A stretch of 37,025 nucleotides of DNA, taken from NCBI GenBank assembly GCA_016748015.1, contig JAAOMT010000013.1:1-37025 (forward strand), given 5' to 3'. The DNA is from Geosiphon pyriformis uo1 (taxonomy: Eukaryota; Fungi; Glomeromycota). Below are positions 23,530 through 36,150 of this stretch, piece by piece. Position numbers and translations under genes: made by a program. The notes beneath the pieces were generated by a model. The model made no database searches. It had not been told where the DNA came from and saw nothing but the letters and a program-made list of their open reading frames with translations. Position 1 is the stretch's first letter. Every line of letters starts with the position of its first letter.

Positions 23530-26500
23530 TGAATCTGGTTTGGAAATTTGCAACATGCAATGTTTGTGATATCAATGTCTCTGCCAAGCAAGAAGATGTT
23601 GTTTGTTGGCATGTGGAATCTGGAAGTATAATCTCTATTGTTACAGAAACAAAGTTGAGGTCTAATATTAGGCTCTGAATTATGAATAAGTTTGATGGAG
23701 TGAGAATATTTTCTTCTGATTTGGACAAAGAATTTTTTGGTGCTGGGGTGGCAATCATTATAAATGATTCTCTTACATGTTATGTTTTTAAGGTTAAAGA
23801 GATTTCTGGTCATCTTATTTCTGTATGGTTTTTTTTCAAGGGCAAGCTGTTAATAGTAATTTTGGGTCTATATGCTAATGCATTTGCTAAGACCAGATTC
23901 AGCCAAGCTTGTAAAATCAACTCTTTTATTGTCAAAGCTGTTAATTTTTCTATATTCGTGATACTAAGTGGTGATTTCAATGAGAATAGATCTAGAAAGA
24001 GTGCTAATTTTAAGTTCTGCTTGGATTTAGAATTGGTCAATTCCTTTAGTGGTCACTCTCTGATCAAAACTTCTACTTGGGGCAATTTATGAGATACCAA
24101 AAAGATTATTGACTATATTTTTGTGAGCAAAAATCTGTTATCTGCATTAGCTAGTCATAAAGTTGTTTCTGTTTCTGATTTTTTTGACACTGATCATAAT
24201 GTTGCTTTGGTTTCAGTTAGTCTGGATGGTCTCTTGAACACCCGTCTCAATAATGCTCATTTGCAGACTAATAAAGATAAGTGGAAGTTCAAGATTAAGG
24301 ATGTGGATGCTAATAAGTAGTTGCACTTTAAGAAACATTTGTTAAACAGATTCTTAAAAAATATGGTAATATTCAATAATGCAAAGAATAATAAAAATTT
24401 AGATACTATGTGGGAGATCTTTAAGAATGTGATATTAAGTTCAGCTGATAGTGTGTTTTCTAGACACTGGTTTAGTGAGTTTGGTTGTCAGAAAAATAAG
24501 CAGTCTTTGAGATTCTTTAAGCTAGAATTGCTGGTGGCCAAGTTGGTAAAGTGTTTGAGCTCAGGTTAGGAATCAGAAGCCATTCACCTCCTTAAGGTGT
24601 AGTCCACTTTCAATAATAAGGGAGCCTCTAAAGCATGCACAATGTTTGGTAATAGTAAGAGCAGAGAGAGCATTTTACAACATCTGTTGGAAGTTAAAAA
24701 ATTGTACCAAAGATCCAAATATTATGAGTTTAGGGTGATCAGAGACATTTTAATCAAAAAAGCAATAGACAAATGTATAGAAAACTTTTGCTTCAATAAA
24801 GAATATATGATCAAGAGTGTTTTGGAATGACTATTCAAGAAGGTGGTATTAGACCATTTAATAGTGAATGATGAATTAATTTTGGTATCTAAAGAAGTGA
24901 AATTCACTGTTAATGTTATCATAAAAGGATGGACAAGGAAACAAGTTGCTCTTAATTCTATGCCTGCTTGCTGATCTAATCAATATGCCCTTTTGAACTA
25001 TGTCAATAATAATACATTTTCAAATGTCATGAATGTAATTAGATCTGATGAATTTTTTCTGGTAGTTAAAAGATTGCCTGATAGAAAAACTGTTGGCATA
25101 TCTGGTATTCCTAATAAGCTTTAGAAACATGGGGATGCTCAGGTTCTAGGTGGTCTGTTGAACATTCTCAATACATGTTTAGTTTTGGGTACAGTTCTTG
25201 CAGAATGAAGACAAGCCTAGATTTCTATGATACCTAAGTCATACAATTAAGAAGATACATTCACCAATACCAGACCTATAGTATTAATTGAGACAACCAA
25301 GAAAATACTGTCTAAAATTCTTTCTAACAGAATATTTCTAGCTTGCAGTAAGTTTAATGTTCTTTATAGAGATAATTTTTCAGTTCTGAAAGATATATCT
25401 ACTCAAGCTCTGATTTTTGCCATTGGCTCTATGATTGAAGATGCACTTAAAAAAGACAAGAAGCTGTGGTTGGTTTTCCAAGACATGTGCAAGGCTTACA
25501 ACTCAGTTAAATGGCCCCATTTGTAGAATAGTTTGACTAGGATTAAGATGTGCCTCCATTTTATAAAAATTTTTGGGAACATACACAATAATTGAACCAA
25601 CTGGATGATGACGGACTTTGGACTAATTAATAGTTATACTGTTTATGATGAATTAGATCAAAAAGAAGTTTTTTTGCCATTGCTATAGAGAATTTTTTAT
25701 GATTCTCTGCTTTGTGAAGTTTAAAAGACATGAGCAATTGTATAGTTACAGATTGAGTTTGAAATTTTTCATAAAGACTAGTAAGATTGATCCTAAGGGT
25801 GGCAGAACTTCTTTTTTTGCAGCTGGTGTCTTTGTGGATGACACTATTTGGGTTGGGAACTGTTTGGCAGCTACACAATACATCTTAAACATTACAAGTG
25901 AATTCTTTTTAATCAATAATATTTTTATTAATACAGACAAAACAGTTATCATTTCTATCAATCAAGAAGCCAGAGAAGTTTTACTGTCTATTAGTGGCTC
26001 TGAAATTTCCATAGCCAAAAAAGATGAGTCATATCAATACTTAGGGATCTTTTTTTCCAAAGATGGACTGTCAAAGCCAAGTTTGGCCAAAGCTTAATCA
26101 GATATCAAGTTCTTTTCAAATATGGTTTTGAGAAAGGCTATCACTAAGAAACAGTTTTTATATTTGGTTTCTGCTGTTTTGCAGCCTATAATTGGCTTAG
26201 ATTGCAGTTCAGTTGTGTTTTCAAGGGTGTATGTAATAAGTAGGACAAAATATTGAAAAAGAGTTTGAAGCTCAAGGCCAATCTGCCCAAAGATTTTCTA
26301 AATGAGGCTTTGTATCATTCAGAGCTATATGGTTTAAGAACTTTTGAACAAGTATTGGCTAAAAATTTACTGGCTAGCTTGGTTAAATTTGCTAATGCTA
26401 ATGGAATTCTCAGTGAATTATTTGAGCATAGAGCCATAGAGTTGCAGGCCACTAGCTGGATGCTTTGGCACTCTTTTAAATTTCCAATTAAGTTGCTGGT

Positions 26501-28214
26501 TAATTCTGCAAATTACTTTTTGGCTGGTGCAACACATGCTTTCAAATTGTGCAATCTATTATTAGGTGGTAATCTGCCTGATGTTTTTTAGACCAGAAAT
26601 AGTATTGTAGTCTTGGATGTGCTCAGTTTTGTGTCTTATTTAGATATAGTGATGTCTCTTAAAAAATATGGTGTTGTATTTGCAAACCAGCTTTTGAACT
26701 GCTATGGCAAGTGTTTTATGTGAAACACTTTTTGCAAATAGAAGAAGCTGAACCCTAAAGGCCCAGTTCCTGTCTGGTTTGTGTCTTTGGTCAAATTTAT
26801 TATTAAAGATGGCTTGTTGAATAGTGTGCTGTTGTCTTTTTATTCCGTTTTCACTAACTCTTCTTGTGACTTTGATTATGTTGGTGAGTGTCTGCTGAAT
26901 TCCAGGTTGGGCTCTATAACTATCTACACAGATAGTTTCATCAAAAATTTGGGTTTGTTGGTTGCTCATGGTGGTGCCACCACTTATTTTTTAGATGTAA
27001 ACACTAGTGTTAGAGTTAAGATAGATGGGTTGCTGTCATCAATTCTAATAAAACTGCAGGCTATCACACTTGTTTTGAAGTATGTATCCATTTCTTGATC
27101 TGTTGACTTGTATATGAACAGCCAAGCTTTACTGAATTTGTGCAAGTCTGCTGGTGGTATGGTTGGTCCTGACTTTTGTGACAAATGCTGGATTGAAAAG
27201 GAACATATTTGCCATGTCATTTCCAAAAAAAATTTGTCAGTTACTTGAAATAAGGTTAAAAACCATTCTAATATTGTTGAAAACAAACGTGCCAATTTTT
27301 ATGCTAATGCAGCTGTCATCTTTGAGTTTTTTCAGTCTTTTGTAGTATCTTATCACTTTCTCAATGTTGAAGGCAAGTCTGTTTCCAGAAATACTTGTTA
27401 TGTTACCAAAAAATTATTCAATGCTGTTCATTCTGTTGGTTGAAAGGCCAAATGTGTTAGTAATATTATTAGTGTGAGTCTCAGTGACTGTTTTAATAAA
27501 GCCAAGACCTTTTGTGTTTGGCATTCTGATAATAAGATCAGGTCTGGCTACACTAGCACTATGTTGACAACATTTTGGTCATACTTTATGAAAGCACTCC
27601 ATCATTACTTGCCAGTGGCCAAAAGAAAAAAAATATATAATTCAAATTATCTAAGTATTGCCTGCATTTAGTGTGATTTAGTGGAGGACTCTGATCATGT
27701 TTTTTTTTGTATTTGTGATGTTAATATTTGGAATATCTTATTGTCTGATGCTACTTTGGAGTGAAATAAGTTGCTGGGCACTTCTGCTAATGGGAATATG
27801 ATCACTAACTTGCTGAATGAGACTGCTTCTTCCATAGACTTGTTTATAGTACTGGCTAAAAGTTTTGTGTTAAAAAGTTGGGTGGTTAATACATTAGACC
27901 ATTTGGGTGTTGACTCTGGTGGAGGTGTGTTGGTTGTTAATTTTATTCATTGTTTTGCTGAGAGTTACAGGTCTGCCATTTGGCTGCCTATGGCTAAGTT
28001 AAGATCCTATTATAAAAAGTATAATCTTCTGCCATGTGATGGCTCTTTTATTTTTTCAGTGTTTAATTTGTTTTTATTGTAGTCTGTTGGGATGATCTGG
28101 AATTTTAGTTTCAGGCTAAATATCCATATATGTTTTGGGTTGTATTTATGTTTAACCAGATCAGATTTTGGTTTTTTGTGCAATGTTCCTATGATAAAGA
28201 ATCTAAGTGTGTAA
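23529..28214 (+). pseudogene. LINE ORF2 (EN-RT-RNase H-CCHC), multiple stops and frameshifts
   Basis: EN: ATCNV, TETKL, GDFNE, IDYIF, TDH. RT: NTRPIVLIET, QDMCKAYNSV, FVDD at 25831-25842, YQYLG. RNase H: IYTDSF...KLQAI...KVKNHSNIVENKRAN at about 26920-27315. Zn finger CI*C...DSDHVFFC at about 27664-27710. Confidence 0.93.
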
Positions 28215-28400
28215 TACTGTTTTGATTGGCCCAAGTGGCTGGTCATGTGTAAATAAAGCATGAACCATGCTTAATTTAGATTGTGTTGATCTATGTATTT
28301 AGGTAATAGTTAGACTGCACTTATAAAACTTCAAATAAAAAAAAAATTTAAATACTATATTCATAAAAAACTGATTTATAGTTTTATTAAAAATAAACCC

Positions 28401-29340
28401 TATTATAAGTAAACTTAATAAATATAATTATAATATTTAATATTTATAATTTGGGAAAAAAGAGCTATTTTAAAAGAAAAAATAAAAACTTAAAGATCTG
28501 GTAGCTGTATTTATTTTTAAATAAATAAATTAATTAATTTTTAAAAGTTTATTACAATTTAGTTTTATCTATTAAGTTTTTAGTTATAAAACACAAAAAT
28601 ATTGTTTTAATAATTGTATTTTATAATTGTTTTATCTTGTATTAATTGATTACAATTATTAAAATCTAATAATAGTTTTTTATTTTTTTAATAAACTAAT
28701 AAAATAAAATTAATATATTCCAAAATTAGAAAAAGCTTTTTTTATCAGATTATCACAAATTTTAATTTTTAACAGTTAATTTTCAATATTATTATTTTAA
28801 AAAAAAAAATTTAGTATTTTATTAATTACTATAATCAAAAAAAATTAATTTAAGTTATTAAAGTTCCAAAAGTATTTATGTAAATTATATCTGGATTAAA
28901 ATAAAAATAAATAATTTAATCAAAAATCAATTTTTAATAACAAGTTTCAGAATTATAAAATTTTAAAAAGAATAATAATATTTTATTTAGGTAATAAGAA
29001 ATATAAAAAAATTTAATAAAGATAAGTTTAAAAATATTATTAAAAACTAAAATAAATTCTATTTTGTTTTTTTTGTTTGTTTAAATTATTTAATTTTATA
29101 TATATATTTTAGTTATATAAAATTGTTTTTACTTGTTTATTATTATTAACTATTATTTACTAACTAATTATTGTTTTATTTTTTTATATTATAACTAATT
29201 ATCCTATTTTATTGCTAATTTTTTTGTGTTATTTTATGTTATTATATATTATTTTATATCAATATGTATTATTTTGCATTATTACATATCAATTATGTTT
29301 TTTAATAAATTTTTTGATTAATTTTTCTACTCAAATAACA
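28401..29340 (-). mobile_element. Heavily A/T-eroded solo LTR (family C)
   Basis: TATTAT...ATAACA termini; flanks ACCC/ACAC; both ends and the internal TTAGTAT...ATAATCAA motif (about 28810-28840) match the reverse complement of 17382-18378. Confidence 0.7.
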
Positions 29341-29482
29341 ACACTTTATCTTAAACAACACAAATTAAACTTTTAAGCTTTGTATATAAAACAAAAAAAA
29401 TAGTTAAAAAAATAATGACCAAAGTAATTAAGAAACTAATAAGCTTTACAACAAATTTAATTAAAGTAGCCAAACTTAAAAT

Positions 29483-30010
29483 NNNNNNNNNNNNNNNNNN
29501 NNNNNNNNNNNNNNNNNNNNNNNNNNNNNNNNNNNNNNNNNNNNNNNNNNNNNNNNNNNNNNNNNNNNNNNNNNNNNNNNNNNNNNNNNNNNNNNNNNNN
29601 NNNNNNNNNNNNNNNNNNNNNNNNNNNNNNNNNNNNNNNNNNNNNNNNNNNNNNNNNNNNNNNNNNNNNNNNNNNNNNNNNNNNNNNNNNNNNNNNNNNN
29701 NNNNNNNNNNNNNNNNNNNNNNNNNNNNNNNNNNNNNNNNNNNNNNNNNNNNNNNNNNNNNNNNNNNNNNNNNNNNNNNNNNNNNNNNNNNNNNNNNNNN
29801 NNNNNNNNNNNNNNNNNNNNNNNNNNNNNNNNNNNNNNNNNNNNNNNNNNNNNNNNNNNNNNNNNNNNNNNNNNNNNNNNNNNNNNNNNNNNNNNNNNNN
29901 NNNNNNNNNNNNNNNNNNNNNNNNNNNNNNNNNNNNNNNNNNNNNNNNNNNNNNNNNNNNNNNNNNNNNNNNNNNNNNNNNNNNNNNNNNNNNNNNNNNN
30001 NNNNNNNNNN
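29483..30010. other. Assembly gap
   Basis: N run. Confidence 0.99.
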
Positions 30011-33000
30011 TAAAATAGAAACTTTCTATTCAGAAAATCTTTAATAACTGGAAATTGTTTTTTAAATACTATTAAAAGCAATATTAGAAAACATAAAAAA
30101 AATATTAATTTAGTTTTTATTTAATTAGTTTAATCTTTAAGATTAAATAACTTAATAAGTTAGTTTGCTTTTAAAACTAATAATAATTTGTTAAAAAACA
30201 TTATATTTAATAATACAGTTATTAATTAATCTTGATCTATTTTAAAAAATATATTGTTATTATTATTATTTATATTAGAAAAAAAGTTTATTGTTATTAA
30301 AGAAATTTTATTTAAGATCTTATTTAAAATTACAAAAAAATTTAATATAATAATAGCAAATATAAATAATTATTGCTGTTTTTTTAATCTTTGGTATTTT
30401 GGTTATTTGCAAAGTAATAGTAATAATATTAATAATAAAAACAAAAATAATTAGTTTATTTATTAGTTTATTATTAAAAACTTTAAGACTTTTAGAGAAA
30501 ATAAAAACAATATTAAAATTAATTTAAGTATATCTTTTAAAAAAAACTTTGATTAAGAAAGAATTATCAATTAAAAGCAAAAAAGCTATTTTAAAAACTA
30601 TTAAAAACAACTTTATATTATTAATATTTAAAAAAAATATTGTTTAATTGCTTTAATAATAAAAAATTTTTATTAATTATTATAAAAAAATAATATTTAA
30701 AACTTTTTTACTTTTTGTTCTGATCATAATTATAAAATAAAATAAAAAGTTTATATTTTTATTTATTATCTTTTTATATATATATAAAAATAATTGAAAA
30801 AATTTGATTTATAAACAAACAATTTTATCATGCTAATTAGCTTTAAGTTAAATAATACTTTTAATAAAATATTTTATAAATAATTTAATTTTGCTAAGAT
30901 TTAATCTTTTTTAAAAAAAATATTATGGTTAAAAATCATAGTTTTTATTAATTATAAATATATTAATTAATAATATTTTATTTTTAAATAATAATTTTTA
31001 ATTTAATTAATCTAATTATTTACTTAATTATTAATTTAATTATTGATTTAATTATTGATTTAATTACTAATTTGGTTATTTATTATTTTTAATAATTATA
31101 TAAATAATAAAACATAAAAATAATACCTACATATTTAATATTTTTTTCTATATTATTTTTATTTTATAATTTTTTATTTTTAAATATTTAAATATTTATA
31201 AATAAACTTTTATTTACATATTTTATTTTATTTTTAATTTGTATTGTTAAAATTAGCTTAAAAAATATTTACTTGTTTTTATAATTTATTAAATAAAAAA
31301 TAATTAACAATACTTATTATTAATTCTAAAAATATCAAATTAAACATAAAATAATAATAGTAGTATTATTCTGTTAACAATTATAAACTTTTTTTCTATT
31401 TTTAAATTTTTTAAAAAAAATTAAACAATAATAATAATAAAAATAAAAACTTTATAAAAAATTATCAAAAAACCAAAAATTTTAAAAATTAAATTAAAAA
31501 TTAACTTTACTTAATAATTAATTATAAAATATTATTATATTTTTTAATATTTTAATTATTATAAAAAAAATATTTTTGTCTTTTATAATTTAAAAAAAAT
31601 TAAAAAAGTTTTAATTTTAAAATATTTGCTTTTTTTTTATTAATAATTAACTGAATTTTAACAATTCAGAATAATTTGTTTTAAATAAAAATGCTGGTAT
31701 TTTTAAAAACTATTTAATTTTAAAAAAATTCTAATATAAAATTTAAAATTTAAATATTAAAAATCTTTTTAATTATTATAATATTAAGTTTTATTTAAAA
31801 TTTTACTATAGTTTTTTTATCAATTTAAAATTATTATTATATTTGAATTTAATATGTTTAAATATTATAAAATTTAATACAATACTTTTATAATAACTCT
31901 AAATTACTAAATATAAATAAAATTAAATAGTACTATTATTTTTATTTTGTTTATTTATATTATTATAAATAATTTTTATATATTTTTTATCTTTATTTAA
32001 TTTTTTAATTTTATTAAATACCAAATTCAATATATTATTAAGACTTTTGCTTACTATTTTGTTTTTATTAAAAATATAATTAATATATTTACATATTATT
32101 TTATTTTAAATATTAAATAAATATATTTTATATAAATTAAAATAATAAATTTTATTTATTTGTTAATTAAAATATAAGATGCGAATATTTTGTGTTTAAT
32201 TATAAATATAATAAACAGTAATATTAATATTATAATTATATTATAAAATACTTATCTGTCAATTTTTTTTGTTGTTTTATTAATTTCATATTTTTATTAT
32301 AATAATTTCTTTTTAATTTAATCTTAAATAAATGTTTTTTGTATTTTTTTAATAGATTTTTCACTTTTTTTTTTGTAAGTATTATATTATAATATTATAT
32401 TATTTATTTTTAAGTAATTTTTAATAGTTTTTAAATAAGTGCAACCAATTTATAAAATATTAAAATTTTTTTTTAATAAAATAATATATTATAATTTTAA
32501 TAGTAAAATATTTGCTTATTAGTACATGTTTTCTTTTTAAAATGCTAACTAGTAGTTGTTTTTTTACTATTTATTGCTTTTAATTAGATTATTAAAAATA
32601 TATTTTGTTTGAATTTAGAGATCTTAAAATGCTATATGTAATTTAGCAAACTCTTTTTTCAGAATCAATATTAAGCAACTATATTTGCTTTTGCTATTTT
32701 TACCTAAAATCTTTTGCATATTTTAATAGCTTATGTGATATCTATTTTAAACTTCTGTTAATTAGAAATTAGTTTTTGCTTTATTGAATTAAAAAATGTT
32801 TTTGTCAAAAAACTTTTTGTTTCTTTGGTTTTAAAATAAAGACCAGTTTTTATACTAAAAATTATTGACTGGCTTTTCAACTAAAATTGTGAACTTATAG
32901 AAAAATTTTTTAACATATACATCAATAATTACATCTGCTAAACCAAAAAACATTTCTTTTTATTTGTTTAACAATTGACAGAATTCTGTTAAGTTATTAG

Positions 33001-36000
33001 CAATTATTAAACAGTATTCAGTAATTGATTTTTATTATTATTTTTCTGTAAAAAGCCATATATAATAAAATTAAACAATCTGATTATAAACTAATAACTA
33101 AATTTATATATATACTTATTATTGTTGTTAACTTTGCTATTTTTAGAATTAGACTTGCATTTTTATTTCTGTGCCAAATTTCCAGAAAATTTTATATTTT
33201 TTTTATATTTTTTTATATATTTTATATTTAACTTTGTAATTTGAAAAATTGTTCCAACTTAAAAGAAGTTATATTTTTTATTTATATCTATCACTTTACC
33301 AAATTATATGTATAATAATAAAAAAAACAAGATAAGTAATTGTTTGATTTCAATATTTAATAGAAAATTTATGTTTGTTATATTGTTAAAGTAATTATTA
33401 TCTGTGTTTTTTTGATGGTTTTTTACAAAGATTAGAATATACAAAATATTTTTCAATTTTATATGACTATAGATCCTAATGTTTATTACCAAAAAAATTA
33501 TCAAGTCTGTTCTTTGTTAATTTTGCTTGCAGACAAAAGCAGTACTGTACTTAAGTATTTTAAAAATATGTTTAGAATATAATATATAAGTAATTACAAT
33601 GAAATAATAAAATTAAATATATGCTTTTAACAACTTCTTTTTAATGCCATCTTTATTAATCTTACAAATTACATTGTAGTAGACATTATAATTAAAAAAA
33701 TATTTCAAATAGAATATCAAAGACATAAAACAAAAAAATCAATTCTAACTCTCTTTATTAATCAATAATAATAATGTATTACAAGTATAGTTTTATGCAT
33801 ACAACAAAATAAAATATGTAATTATTTCTTCTTTGTATTTTTTTTTAACCAGTTTTTTTTATTATGTTTATAAAAAACTTTAAAATTCTTATCAATTCAA
33901 CTTTTTTAAATTTATTGATAAAATAGGTTAAAGTTTTAGTGAGTATTACTTTTGATATACATCTTATTATAATTGTGGTTTGAATGTCATTGATATAGAA
34001 ATAAGAGTACATATAGTTTGCAATAAGTGTTAAAGCCAATTTGCATTAAGAAATAATATTCAAACAAAAATAAAAACTAAAAATTTCAAAATATTTTAGA
34101 TTACTAATTTGTTTTTTATTCTTTTTTTTATCTAGTTAACTGTTGTAATTTATACTATTAATTAGCTTACTTGTTATAATTAACATAATAACAGTTAATT
34201 TGAGATAGCCAGATCTATGCAAAGCTATCTATATAGTTTTTTGAATTTAAAAAATACTGTAGTAAAGCTGATTCAGCCAAGAATTGTGACAAGTTTTTAA
34301 TAAAAAAATTAAAAAATGTGACTTCAATGAATGGAAGAAACAGTTTGTATCTTTTTTAATGCACATGAAATAAAAAATTTAAATAATTAGAAAAATTAAA
34401 ATCGAAGATCTTAAAAATAGTGTTCAAAAAAACACAAAACATTTTTTTATTCTGATTTTATTTAGAAAGTATTATTATAAAATATTGCAACTACTTAAAA
34501 TTGCTTCAAGTTTGTTTTATCTTTTTATTCAAAATTTTTGCTTTGTTAAAAACAAACAAAAACTGTAATTTAACTTCATAATTATTAATTCTCTAAAGTC
34601 TTTTTAATATATAATCTTATTAAATTTTAGTATTTAGATACAAATACTCTTAATTCTATAAAATATGTAAATTTATTTGAATATTTTAGTTTTAAATAGA
34701 AACTATATGATGATTTTTTTTATTTTTGCTTCTATTGTATTCCAAAAACTCTGTGATAATTCTTTGGAAATTTGTTTTTGAATTTAGTATTCTGCCAATT
34801 CTTTAGTATTTATATTATTGAAAAAATCTTTAATAAAATTAAAACTACTTAAAAATATATAATATATACTTTGTTTATATTGACAAGTCATTTGGTTGTA
34901 TAGTTAAATATTTTTTTTCTAATTAGGATATTAGCAATTGAATAACAAGATAAATATCTATTATTGTTTTTTGTGAAAACAAATATATAAAATAAGTAAG
35001 ATTTTCCCAATTTCTATTATCAATTAAGACTTTTTGAAGACAAAAGCATGTATTAGAACACAGTATAGTGAGTAGTATTTTTTCAAATCTTATTTTATCA
35101 TGTTTTTGTCAATTTGCTTACAAAATACTGGTAACACCATAAAAATTACAGTGTTTTAAGTCTGAAAATGCTTTTTTTATGACAATATATTTCTTTATAT
35201 CATATCTAAAATTCAATATTGTTTCTAAAAAATATAAGATCAACACCAAAAATATAGAATAAACAAAATTATTAATTAGAATCTGAGATATATATATAAG
35301 CAATTATATAAAAAATAATAAATAATAGCATAATTTTTACAAATTTCAGTATAATAAAATATTTTCAAACTATACACAAAACTTATAACTTTATTAACAA
35401 TTAATTTAAAATTTTTAAAAACTAAAAAAGCTTCTATATACTAATTTTTAAAAATACAATTTTTGTTTAAAATAGTATAAACAGTATTATTAAAATCATA
35501 TAATAATAGTAATTATATGATATACAAAAAAAACTAGTTAAAATTTAACATAAATTTTTATAAATTATATATAATTTTACCAATTTTATATAAATGTTAA
35601 GATTTATTTTACAAAAAATAATCTGAAAATTAAATTTTTTTGTAATATAAACACAAAATATTAAAAAATTTTATGAAATAAAAACACAAATTAGCTATCA
35701 TCTTATTTATATATTTAATACTTATATAAAAATTCAGATATTAAATCAAAAAAAACTTGATCTAATTAATATTTTTTAATAAAGTTTTATTAATAATTAT
35801 AGTATTTGATCTAGTTTTTTATAAAACACAACCACCAAACTTGAAAATATTGTGAACAAAATACTAAATATTATTAAAAACAGTTATACTATTAATCTTA
35901 ATATATCTTTTACTAATGCAAATAAAAAGTATAAAGTCTAAGTAAAAAGCAGTACCAACTTATTTATTAGCCATTTTATTGTCTATAATATTTTAATGTT

Positions 36001-36150
36001 TCTTAATTTTAAATTACCTAATTTTAAATTTTTTTATTTAATCAAATTTATTATATAATATCTTTTTAATTAACATTAACTATAAAAATTAAAAACCATT
36101 AAATTTAATTTAAATAAATAAGTATTTAATATTGTTTAATTATCTTAGTA
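30011..36150. other. Extremely AT-rich relic DNA, probably hypermutated repeats; family not assignable
   Basis: Near absence of G/C over 30.0-32.4 kb; patches with residual coding-like composition at about 32.5-35.2 kb; no recognisable motif. Confidence 0.4.

Larger units (their letters stand above)
21680..28346 (+). mobile_element. Full-length decayed non-LTR retrotransposon (LINE) with APE endonuclease, RT, RNase H and C-terminal CCHC
   Basis: ORF1 + ORF2, 3' UTR of about 120 nt, A-rich tail at about 28333-28346. The 5' end is approximate. Confidence 0.92.

Noticed and set aside
23529-28214. Alternative genetic code (TGA=Trp) to explain in-frame stops
   Set aside because: TAG and TAA stops and frameshifts also occur; G>A decay of TGG explains the pattern.
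22215-28261. Numerous short minus-strand ORFs across the LINE
   Set aside because: Antisense shadows of ORF1/ORF2 with no independent motifs.
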